From Flavobacteriales bacterium (lineage in GTDB: Bacteria > Bacteroidota > Bacteroidia > Flavobacteriales_D > Sanyastnellaceae): 64,000 nucleotides of DNA. The stretch is from NCBI GenBank assembly GCA_022428205.1, contig JAKMCW010000068.1, positions 473-64,472 on the forward strand, in the 5' to 3' direction. This document shows, one piece after another, positions 9,322 to 17,086 of the stretch. Within the stretch, counting starts at the first letter, position 1; every line of letters starts with the position of its first letter. A model generated the notes under the pieces. The model searched no databases. It had not been told where the DNA came from and saw nothing but the letters and a program-made list of their open reading frames with translations. The translations under genes and the position numbers were made by a program.

Positions 9322-10866
9322 TCAGAGGTTTTCAAGGTTGGCCAGAACAGCATCCCCGCGATCGAGCAGGGCCTGCTGCTTTTCTGCAGGCATTTTGTCC
9401 CAAGTGCGGTAGGCCATTCCGATGCGTGGATTGCGTTCAAGCTTGGCCCGGTTGCGGACGTGGAAATGCCAATACAGGCTGTTGAGCGGACAACTGTTGG
9501 GTCCGCTTTTGTCAGCTGCATCATAGCTGCACCCACTGCAGTAAGGGCCCATTTTCTTCATGTAGTTGGCCGACGCACCGTACGGCTTCGTCCCCACAAT
9601 ACCCCCGTCGGCGAATTGGCTCATGCCCCGGGTATTGGTGATCTCCACCCATTCGATCGCGTCGATGTAAATACCGAGATACCAACGGTCTACCTCATCC
9701 GGGTGAATGCCAGCCAGCAAGGCAAAATTGCCCGTCACCATCAGACGCTGGATGTGGTGCGCATAACTGTATTGGAGGCTTTGGTCAATGGCATGACTCA
9801 AGCATGCCATTTTGGTCTCTCCTGTCCAAAACCAAGCCGGTAAGGCATTTTCTGCCTCGAAGAAATTCAGGTCCGCATAGTCAGGCATGTGAGCCCAGTA
9901 GACCCCGCGCATGTACTCACGCCAACCCAAAATTTGCCGAATGAAGCCCTCCACTTGGGTAATGTCCGCGTGATCAGGGTCGGCGCGCCACTTGTCCTCT
10001 ACCGCCCGGATGACCTCCAAGGGCGAGATCAATTTTGCGTTCATACAAAAGGAAACCCGCGCATGATATAAGGACCAATACTCAGGATGCATGGCGTCCT
10101 GGAAATCACCGAAACGCGGAAGACACTCCTCCACAAAGAAGTCGAGCAACTGCAATCCTTCCTCGCGGGTGACTGGCCAAAGAAACCTCTGGGCGTCCAC
10201 TGAACCGATGGTCTCCACCCCACACTCTTGAAGCATGGCTTCGAGTCCAGACAGGTCGCGCTCGAACAACAGCGGCTCAACCGGTCGATGTCCCTTGGGC
10301 AACTTCTTGCGGTTGGTCGCATCGTAATTCCACTTGCCTCCAGCGGGCTCTTCACCTCCTGCACCGCCCTCCATCAACACCCCATGGGCCTTGCGCATCC
10401 GCCGGTAAAAGGACTCCATCAAGTAGGTCTTCTTGCCCTTGAATTGCGCCGCCAAGTCACCGCGCGCAGTCAAAAAATGGTGGGTGTCGACCGAAGCCAC
10501 ACGGTCACCAAATTCTGCGGCCAACGCCTTGAGTTGTTCGTCGAGCCGGTATTCATCCGGCCACTGATATTCAAAGCGTTGGCACCCCTCCTCGGCCATG
10601 ACCATGCGCACATTGGCCTCGAGTCCTTGGGTATTCCGGCCGTCATCCAAGGCGAGGTACACCACACGGTGTCCCTCCGCCCTGCGGGCCTCGGCAAAGG
10701 CGCGCATCGCAGCAAAAAAAGCCAGCACCTTTTGGATATGGTGGGGCGCGTAATCCGTCTCCTGGCGCATTTCTGCCATGAGGTAGACGGCCTCATCAGA
10801 CACCTTGTGAAACCAGGGGTGTGCAGCATTGAGCTGATCTCCGAGAATGAGGCGCAGGGTCTTCAT
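9322..10866 (-). CDS. Fe-S cluster-containing cryptochrome/photolyase (FeS-BCP / PhrB-type (6-4) photolyase-like, COG3046)
   Basis: [13 protein letters not shown] start. C-terminal Cys pattern [19 protein letters not shown] (C-x2-C-x12-C) plus the upstream Cys in MACLSHA matches the 4-Cys cluster ligands described for PhrB/CryB. Stop lies 2 nt before the Cry-DASH-like start. Confidence 0.85.
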   Translation of the reverse strand: MKTLRLILGDQLNAAHPWFHKVSDEAVYLMAEMRQETDYAPHHIQKVLAFFAAMRAFAEARRAEGHRVVYLALDDGRNTQGLEANVRMVMAEEGCQRFEYQWPDEYRLDEQLKALAAEFGDRVASVDTHHFLTARGDLAAQFKGKKTYLMESFYRRMRKAHGVLMEGGAGGEEPAGGKWNYDATNRKKLPKGHRPVEPLLFERDLSGLEAMLQECGVETIGSVDAQRFLWPVTREEGLQLLDFFVEECLPRFGDFQDAMHPEYWSLYHARVSFCMNAKLISPLEVIRAVEDKWRADPDHADITQVEGFIRQILGWREYMRGVYWAHMPDYADLNFFEAENALPAWFWTGETKMACLSHAIDQSLQYSYAHHIQRLMVTGNFALLAGIHPDEVDRWYLGIYIDAIEWVEITNTRGMSQFADGGIVGTKPYGASANYMKKMGPYCSGCSYDAADKSGPNSCPLNSLYWHFHVRNRAKLERNPRIGMAYRTWDKMPAEKQQALLDRGDAVLANLENL

Positions 10867-11009
10867 GCAGTCTTGCTCTTGGCGGTTCGGCGGCACCGCT
10901 CACTGCAGTACTTGACTTCCTCCCAACACCGCGCCCACTTTTTACGCCAATCAAAGGGAAGCCCACACTGGACACAATCCTTCGACGGCAGATGCGGTTT
11001 GCGGTGCAT
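10863..11009 (-). CDS. DUF2256-type small Cys-rich protein (48 aa), not in the supplied ORF track
   Basis: Hand translation: [48 protein letters not shown]. Two CxxC-like pairs. The TGA overlaps the ATG of the FeS-BCP gene (ATGA). Confidence 0.75.
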   Translation of the reverse strand: MHRKPHLPSKDCVQCGLPFDWRKKWARCWEEVKYCSERCRRTAKSKTA

Positions 11010-11083
11010 GTTCATAGAACAGCAGCCTGCAACTGCGGTTCAGTCGTTCATGCCCCTATTTTGCCGCAGCAAATCACAACACC

Positions 11084-11602
11084 ATGTTCTCTAACCGCAT
11101 CGGATTTAGCCCACGACTGGGCGCTGCCCTGCTCGACTTTGTTTTCATCGTGGCACTGGTCGTCCCCACATCACTGCTCGGCATCGGCGGCGCCATCGCT
11201 GCCGCCTTTGGCCTGGAAAACGGCATGCCTAGCGACGATGCAGATGCTTTGGCCATGCTTGGCATCGGGGCAGGTGCTATCGCCATGATCCTGGTCGCCA
11301 GCTTTATTGCCCTGGCATATACCTTCATCGAGGCTTTTACTGGCGCTTCCCCGGGCAAGCGGGTCATGGGCCTTCAAGTCGCTCGGGAAGACGGCAGTGC
11401 TGGCGACACTAAGCTGTATTTCCTGCGTTGGGCCCTGAAAAACAGCGGCAGCATTCTTCAGTTTTTCCTTCCTGGACTGTCCACTTTGGTCAGCCTCGTC
11501 TTCTTCTTTGGCTGTTTCGCAGCACTCGGAGAGAAGAAACAGGCGTTGCACGACATCATCGCTAAGACTGCCGTCTTCAAGAAGGACGAGATTTCAGGAT
11601 AA
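11084..11602 (+). CDS. RDD family membrane protein
   Basis: N-terminal R..A.L.D pattern (SPRLGAALLDFVFIVAL), several hydrophobic helices, and C-terminal ALHDIIAKTAVF typical of RDD proteins. Confidence 0.7.
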   Translation: MFSNRIGFSPRLGAALLDFVFIVALVVPTSLLGIGGAIAAAFGLENGMPSDDADALAMLGIGAGAIAMILVASFIALAYTFIEAFTGASPGKRVMGLQVAREDGSAGDTKLYFLRWALKNSGSILQFFLPGLSTLVSLVFFFGCFAALGEKKQALHDIIAKTAVFKKDEISG

Positions 11603-11626
11603 GTCAGCCGGCTTCAACGCCCGAAC

Positions 11627-12379
11627 TCAACGGTTTGGCAACACCAGCCAGCTGAAGCCGACTGCCGTGTAATTCATCTTGTGGTTCAGTCCTGTGCCGT
11701 AGCTGATGTCCCACTGCCACGTGTTGCTGGTCAATAGGGTCAGACCGGCATCGAAACTGGCCCAATGGACCCCACCGTCGATTTCGCCGTAAGGCTCGAA
11801 GTACAGACCAAGCTGATCATTAATGGCCTTGCCCACGGCCAGGGCGTAGGTGGCGATTCCCCTTCCGTTGGTCAGGTCATACCCGAGATTGTAGCCCAAT
11901 GCCCAATCGGGTCCGACATCATGGCTGATGCACAGCTTGTTGACCATCCCCCAGTCGTATTGGGTCAACCCGTCGTCTCCTGTGGGGGCCACCGCATGGC
12001 CGAGGTAGGCAATCTCCGTCTTCTTGCCCTCGCGTTGGTACAACTGAATCTTGGTCCCCAATTGGACATCCCTTGTCCCTTCGGACAACACTTCATCATT
12101 GCCAAAGGAATGCTGGCTGATGCGGTCTAATTGATGAACCACGCGCAATTCAAAGCCCTCGAGTACGCTGACGCGAAACAGCGAATTGGGCAAGGCCATG
12201 CTGCGGATGTTTCCGCCAAAACCAGACTGCCATTTGCTGGAAAAGCCACACTCCCATTGGAACGACCCCAAGGGAACCACGGCTGAACTTTCCGTTTGAT
12301 CGGGACGGTCCGTATTGATGACCTGCGCTGCAGCCCAAGCTGGCGCCAGGAGGAACAAGAACAACAGCAGTTTTCTCAT
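11627..12379 (-). CDS. outer-membrane beta-barrel transporter-like protein (MetA-pathway/phenol-degradation-like family)
   Basis: Signal peptide MRKLLLFLFLLAPAWAAAQ, then INTDRPDQTESSAVVPLGSFQWECGF and an alternating beta-strand pattern ending in an aromatic-rich C-terminus. Confidence 0.6.
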   Translation of the reverse strand: MRKLLLFLFLLAPAWAAAQVINTDRPDQTESSAVVPLGSFQWECGFSSKWQSGFGGNIRSMALPNSLFRVSVLEGFELRVVHQLDRISQHSFGNDEVLSEGTRDVQLGTKIQLYQREGKKTEIAYLGHAVAPTGDDGLTQYDWGMVNKLCISHDVGPDWALGYNLGYDLTNGRGIATYALAVGKAINDQLGLYFEPYGEIDGGVHWASFDAGLTLLTSNTWQWDISYGTGLNHKMNYTAVGFSWLVLPNR

Positions 12380-12402
12380 GCCACAAATATGCGGCGAGCG
12401 GA

Positions 12403-13293
12403 TTAGGCCTTCAGGGCCTTGAGTTCTGCCCAACTTGAGGGCACAGGAGTGGCCGTCACCCGATCAGGCACTTCCTCATTCGAAAGAAACTTCAAGACGA
12501 GGTCATTGAACAGCTCAGGAGCCTCAATCGAACACACATGTCCGCAGTTCTCGATAACGGCCAGACGCATGTTTTTCTGCGCGGCTGCAAAACGTTCTGC
12601 AGCACGAAAGAAAATGTGATCCTGAGATCCCATCACGACCAAACCGTGCTTGTCCACTTTGCGGTTGACATATGCCTTGATCAACTGAAAAAACGGCTTG
12701 TACAATTCTACCCACTTCAGGTACTCCCCTGGCGTCAAACGGCGACTTTGTCTGCGGAAAATCCAACGGCTCATCCGGTGGTTCCGGCGCGGGAGCACGA
12801 TGTAACTGAACAACCAATAAATGGCGCGGTATGGCAAGATGTAGTTGAGCAACTTTCCACTGTGCACGAACAGGTGCATCAAGCGTGAGCCATCGAAAAT
12901 CGCACCGGCCATGACCATGCGGTCAATCAGCTGCGGCCGCTCAATGTCCAGTTTCTGCAAAATCACACTTCCAATACTCAAGCTCACGAAGTGCGCGCGC
13001 TCAATGCCGAGGTGGTCAATCACTGCCAGTATATCCTCCCCTACGATGTCAAAATCGTACTCCGGAAACTCAGGCAAGATGTCCTTGCTGTAACCGTGGT
13101 CCCGCAAGTCAATCAGCAACAAGCGGTAGTGGGGCTTGAAGGCATCCACTTGATATTTCCACGTCCGTATGCTGCCACCTGCGCCGTGCACAAAAACCAG
13201 CCACGGGGCTTCAGACGCCGCTTCCGCGATGACCTCGTGATACAGCAAGGTGCGGCCTTCGGCAGTGGTGAGAATGGGGCGGTCTGGTTCCAT
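12403..13293 (-). CDS. alpha/beta hydrolase
   Basis: WLVFVHGAGGSIRTWKYQVDAF...LIDLRDHGYS and nucleophile elbow VSLSIGS. Start is either ATG 13293 or GTG 13344, the latter overlapping the upstream gene. Confidence 0.75.
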   Translation of the reverse strand: MEPDRPILTTAEGRTLLYHEVIAEAASEAPWLVFVHGAGGSIRTWKYQVDAFKPHYRLLLIDLRDHGYSKDILPEFPEYDFDIVGEDILAVIDHLGIERAHFVSLSIGSVILQKLDIERPQLIDRMVMAGAIFDGSRLMHLFVHSGKLLNYILPYRAIYWLFSYIVLPRRNHRMSRWIFRRQSRRLTPGEYLKWVELYKPFFQLIKAYVNRKVDKHGLVVMGSQDHIFFRAAERFAAAQKNMRLAVIENCGHVCSIEAPELFNDLVLKFLSNEEVPDRVTATPVPSSWAELKALKA

Positions 13294-13330
13294 GGGTGAA
13301 GCGAAGGTCGTAAAGGATGACTTGGTTTCA

Positions 13331-14851
13331 TCAATCCATGGCACGGGCGCCTGCCACGACGTGCCGCTGCAAGATTCTCAAGCCTTCAGAACGGACGACA
13401 GGGTGCTTGCGATGGGCCCACAAACGCTCCCTGGCATGCCGCGAAGCATCCTCCAACGACACGATAGGCACAGGATAGGTTTCTCCCAGGGTAAAACTGT
13501 GCAAAGCCGCCTCAATCGGCGGCATGGTCCAAGGGGCAAACAGATAGGGTGCGGGCAAGTTGGCCAACTCAGGAACCCACTGGCGGATAAAGGCCCCGTC
13601 AGGGTCGTGGTCCTCAGCCTGCTTGACAGGGTTGTAAATCCGCACTGTATTGATTCCGGTCACACCCGCCTGCATCTGGAACTGCGGATAATGGATGCCC
13701 GGCTCAAAGTCGAGAAACTGCCGCGCCAAATGGACAACCCCCTCCTGCCAAGGCTGCCAGAGATGGTGGGTCAAAAAGCTCACCAACATGGCCCTCATCC
13801 GAAAATTGAGGTAGCCTGTAGTGTTGACGCAACGCATGCAGGCATCCACCAAAGGAAACCCGGTGAGGCCTCGTTTCCAGGCTTCTACGCGGGCCGGTTT
13901 CACCTCTTTTTCAAGCAGGTCATAGCCCCCGTTGACATTTTCGAATTCCATGCGGTCCTCCATCTCAAACTTCTGGATGAAGTGACAATGCCAGCGCAAG
14001 CGGCTGTCAAACGCGCTGAAATTGCGGAGTTGACCCGGCGGGGCATCTCCTCCCCTTTTCCGCGCAGCCGCCTGACGCTGGTGCACCTGGCGAATGCTCA
14101 AGTTGCCCCAGGCGAGGAAAGCACTCAACCGGCTGCAGCCTTCTCGGCTGCCGAGCGGCTTTGAAATGGTGCGGGCATAGCGGCGAATGCGGTCCGTGAC
14201 AAAGCCCTCCATGTATGCATGGGCCGCCCGCTCTCCGCCCGGCTGGAAACCTGCAAGGCCTTCATCTGGAATGGGAATTTCTCGCCAACCGGCCGGCCAT
14301 TCAAACTGCGCAGGGTCTTTTACCGGGCGCGCCAAAGCGTGATCGGGATGGTCTTGGGGAGCGGACATGTGGGCAAACCACTGTTCGCGCCAAAGACGTC
14401 GGTCTCGGCGACCACGCTGCACTCCATCCCGCTGGTGTTCATGCCAGGGCACACCCGCTTCGGCGAGCTGAGCCTTGAGTGCGCAGTCGCGATCGTACGT
14501 ATGCCTGAGGCCCGTCTCAGCATAGCTGTGCACGCCCTGAATGTCGAATCGCGCCATCAAATGGACCACCACCTCGGCAAAAGGAGCCTGCAATACCGTG
14601 GTCTGCATACCTCCCGGTACTCGGTCTTCCTGGGCCCAAGTCGCCCACTGGGCATCCATGTCCGCAAGTCCTTGCTGCACAAACCCTACATGCCGCCCTG
14701 AAGTGGTGGGGTGCGCCAAGTCTTGTGGTTCGAAACAATACACGACCAAATGGGGTCCTCCCTTGCGAAATGCCTCCGCCATCGGCGAGTGGTCCCTCAA
14801 GCGCAGGTCCCGCTTGAGCCAAATGATGCGCAATGGCGGTAACGAGGACAT
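13331..14851 (-). CDS. cryptochrome/photolyase family protein, third divergent paralog
   Basis: [22 protein letters not shown]-terminus. C-terminal FAD-binding-domain motifs [12 protein letters not shown] and [31 protein letters not shown]. Confidence 0.8.
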   Translation of the reverse strand: MSSLPPLRIIWLKRDLRLRDHSPMAEAFRKGGPHLVVYCFEPQDLAHPTTSGRHVGFVQQGLADMDAQWATWAQEDRVPGGMQTTVLQAPFAEVVVHLMARFDIQGVHSYAETGLRHTYDRDCALKAQLAEAGVPWHEHQRDGVQRGRRDRRLWREQWFAHMSAPQDHPDHALARPVKDPAQFEWPAGWREIPIPDEGLAGFQPGGERAAHAYMEGFVTDRIRRYARTISKPLGSREGCSRLSAFLAWGNLSIRQVHQRQAAARKRGGDAPPGQLRNFSAFDSRLRWHCHFIQKFEMEDRMEFENVNGGYDLLEKEVKPARVEAWKRGLTGFPLVDACMRCVNTTGYLNFRMRAMLVSFLTHHLWQPWQEGVVHLARQFLDFEPGIHYPQFQMQAGVTGINTVRIYNPVKQAEDHDPDGAFIRQWVPELANLPAPYLFAPWTMPPIEAALHSFTLGETYPVPIVSLEDASRHARERLWAHRKHPVVRSEGLRILQRHVVAGARAMD

Positions 14852-14854
14852 CGG

Positions 14855-15541
14855 TCAGTCCCAACCTTGCATCAAGTCCCTCCTCACCTCCAAGGGACGG
14901 CCTGGTTTGGCATAACTCACCCTGCCCAGAGGAGCAGCCCCATGGTAGGCATCCAATCCGCCTATACAGACCGTCCCCAATGCGGACAGGTCCAAAAACC
15001 CATCTTCAGCCTGAGCGTCCGCCTTGAAATCCACCCATTGAACCGCACCGATGACAAACCGGCAGCCATTGGGCAATGGGATGTCCTGCTCCACTGTCAA
15101 ACCCATCCTCACCGGGGATTCCTCCACCGCCGGAGCAGAGAACTGTCCATCGCCCTCACCGTGCCAACACGGGGTCAACCCCACTTCATCAAATTCAGAA
15201 GTGCCCTCAGGATATCGCGCGCTTGTCTGGTGGGCCGCACCGCAAATGGCCGCGGTGACGTGGCTGAGTGTAAAACACCCTGAAGCACTGAGGTTTTTGT
15301 AGTTGTGGGCGTCGCTGCCGGGTGGTCGGAACACCAATCCCATCAGAGCGGGGTTAGACCCCAAGTGCACTACACTCGATACGATGCAGCACGCCGTGCG
15401 GCCATCAGCGTCAGCGGTGCCGACGAGGTTGGCCGATTTGAATCCGCTGATGGAGTTGACCAAACGCGCACGATAGCGTTGCGGCAACGCCTCAATTTCT
15501 TCGCGCGAAAGCACCTTGCGCGCTGACACAACGTCACTCAT
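14855..15541 (-). CDS. flavin reductase-like (FMN-binding split-barrel) protein
   Basis: 228 aa; SANLVGTADADGRTACCIVSSVVHLGSNPALMGLVFRP resembles the flavin-reductase-like domain. ATGA overlap with the SDR stop. Confidence 0.55.
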   Translation of the reverse strand: MSDVVSARKVLSREEIEALPQRYRARLVNSISGFKSANLVGTADADGRTACCIVSSVVHLGSNPALMGLVFRPPGSDAHNYKNLSASGCFTLSHVTAAICGAAHQTSARYPEGTSEFDEVGLTPCWHGEGDGQFSAPAVEESPVRMGLTVEQDIPLPNGCRFVIGAVQWVDFKADAQAEDGFLDLSALGTVCIGGLDAYHGAAPLGRVSYAKPGRPLEVRRDLMQGWD

Positions 15542-16245
15542 CGCACTGCGCTCATCCCATTGTCCACCTGCATGACCTGACCCGTAATGGCAGACGCTCC
15601 GGGGGACAATAAAAATCCGGCCATCGCCGCCACATCCGTGGCCGAGGCGACCCGCTTCAGAGGATGGCGCTCGGCACTGGCTTCGCGCTTGGCATCCGAC
15701 GAGAGCAATGAGGCCGCCAACGGGGTATCCGTCAGAGACGGAGCCACTGCATTGACACGAATGTCCGGAGCAAATTCAGCCGCCATGGTACGCACCAACC
15801 CTTCCACCGCACCCTTGGCCGCAGCAATTGAGGCATGAAAGCCCATGCCTGTCTGGACCGCCACCGTGGAGAAACCCACTACCGACGGTGCACCGCCCAG
15901 TGGCTGGGCCGCAGCCGCCTTCAGCAACTTCAAATTGGCCTGTACCGAATGCAAAAAACCGACGGCATTAACCTTGAAATCCTCCATCATGAGCTCGGGC
16001 TTCACCCCGCGCACTGGCTTGAGTGAAATCGTTCCCGGACAATAGACGAGGCCGTCCAAGCGGTCCGTGAAAGACGACAGGTCGCAGGGATGGGCCACAG
16101 CATCAAACACCAGGCCGGTATACTCTCCTGTCGCCTGGGCTCCTGTTCGGGATACCCCGATGACCCGATTTCCTTGGGCAAGCAACTGCTCCCGCAAAGC
16201 AAGGCCAATCCCCTTGCTGTCCCCGATGATCGCAACGGTTCTCAT
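15538..16245 (-). CDS. short-chain dehydrogenase/reductase (SDR) family protein, atypical active site
   Basis: Cofactor motif IIGDSKGIGLAL, NAVG motif, and the Ser in GFSTVA. At the expected YxxxK position the sequence reads HASIAAAKGAVEGL. Confidence 0.8.
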   Translation of the reverse strand: MRTVAIIGDSKGIGLALREQLLAQGNRVIGVSRTGAQATGEYTGLVFDAVAHPCDLSSFTDRLDGLVYCPGTISLKPVRGVKPELMMEDFKVNAVGFLHSVQANLKLLKAAAAQPLGGAPSVVGFSTVAVQTGMGFHASIAAAKGAVEGLVRTMAAEFAPDIRVNAVAPSLTDTPLAASLLSSDAKREASAERHPLKRVASATDVAAMAGFLLSPGASAITGQVMQVDNGMSAVR

Positions 16246-16418
16246 GCGCCTCCTTTTTGGGTAAGGGCCACCAGCTGTGCCTCGACCTCTGCGGCTTTGG
16301 CCGTCATTTCATCGCTCCTGGCGCGGTCCACCGTACTCAAGCGGTGGGCTTCGGCCAATAACCGGGCGTGCTCCTTGCGGAGCTTCTCAGCCGGGTTCTT
16401 CTTAAACATTCCGAACAT
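16242..16418 (-). CDS. small Lacal_2735-like peptide
   Basis: MFGMFKKNPAEKLRKEHARLLAEAHRLSTVDRARSDEMTAKAAEVEAQL resembles, from memory, the MFGLFKKK... peptides found next to flavobacterial photolyase genes. ATGA overlap with the SDR start. Confidence 0.55.
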   Translation of the reverse strand: MFGMFKKNPAEKLRKEHARLLAEAHRLSTVDRARSDEMTAKAAEVEAQLVALTQKGGA

Positions 16419-16462
16419 GCCTGTGCAACAGGCGCAAGGCACCCCAGGTTTTCACAAAAAGA

Positions 16463-16490
16463 AAGCCGCCCCGGATTTCCGGAGCGGCTT
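16463..16490 (-). terminator. rho-independent terminator downstream of the DUF1573 gene
   Basis: Hairpin AAGCCGCcCCGG-atTT-CCGGaGCGGCTT. On the minus strand it is followed by a T-run (complement of AAAAA at 16456-16460). Confidence 0.65.
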
Positions 16491-16522
16491 GCTGCGTTTG
16501 AAAGGGCCTGAGGCCCGAAGTA

Positions 16523-16966
16523 TTACTGCTTGTTGGTCGGTCCAGCAGCCTGCTTCACAGGAGCGCCGACTTGCTGGGCGACAGCCTCAACCTTACCCTT
16601 GATGCGGATCACCTTCGTGGGCTCGTTAGAAGCGTTTGAAGTGATGGTCACGCTCTTGTTGATGGGGCCGACGCGCTTGGTGTCGTACTTCACCTTGATG
16701 GAGCTCGTGGCACCGGGCATGATGGGGTCCTTGTCGCACTGGGGCACGGTACAACCGCATGAACCCTTGCAACGGGAGATGATCAGTGGGTCTGTACCGT
16801 CATTGGTAACGGTGAACACGCAGTTGCCATCAGCGCCTTGGTCGATTGTGCCATAATCGTGCACTTCCTTGTCGATGCTGAGCACAGGACCGTTGACCAC
16901 TTCTTGGGCTCCGGCGATGATGAATCCGCCGAAAACAACGGCGAGGGTGAGGAGAACCTTCTTCAT
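16523..16966 (-). CDS. DUF1573 domain-containing secreted protein
   Basis: Signal peptide MKKVLLTLAVVFGGFIIAGAQ; core FTVTNDGTDPLIISRCKGSCGCTVPQCDKDPIMPG is typical of DUF1573. Confidence 0.8.
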   Translation of the reverse strand: MKKVLLTLAVVFGGFIIAGAQEVVNGPVLSIDKEVHDYGTIDQGADGNCVFTVTNDGTDPLIISRCKGSCGCTVPQCDKDPIMPGATSSIKVKYDTKRVGPINKSVTITSNASNEPTKVIRIKGKVEAVAQQVGAPVKQAAGPTNKQ

Positions 16967-17086
16967 AATGAGGGATTGATTGATTTCCACTTTAAAGATA
17001 AAGCGGTCTTTATCCATCTCGAAGCGAGGTTAACGCCATTTTAACAGGCTAAATTTGACGCCGCAACCGCTCTGTTCGTTTTCGCC

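Noticed and set aside
14727-14734. GGTTCGAA, resembling a tRNA T-arm
   Set aside because: It lies inside the third photolyase-family CDS, and no acceptor, D or anticodon arms can be folded around it. No tRNA-like structure was found anywhere in the window.
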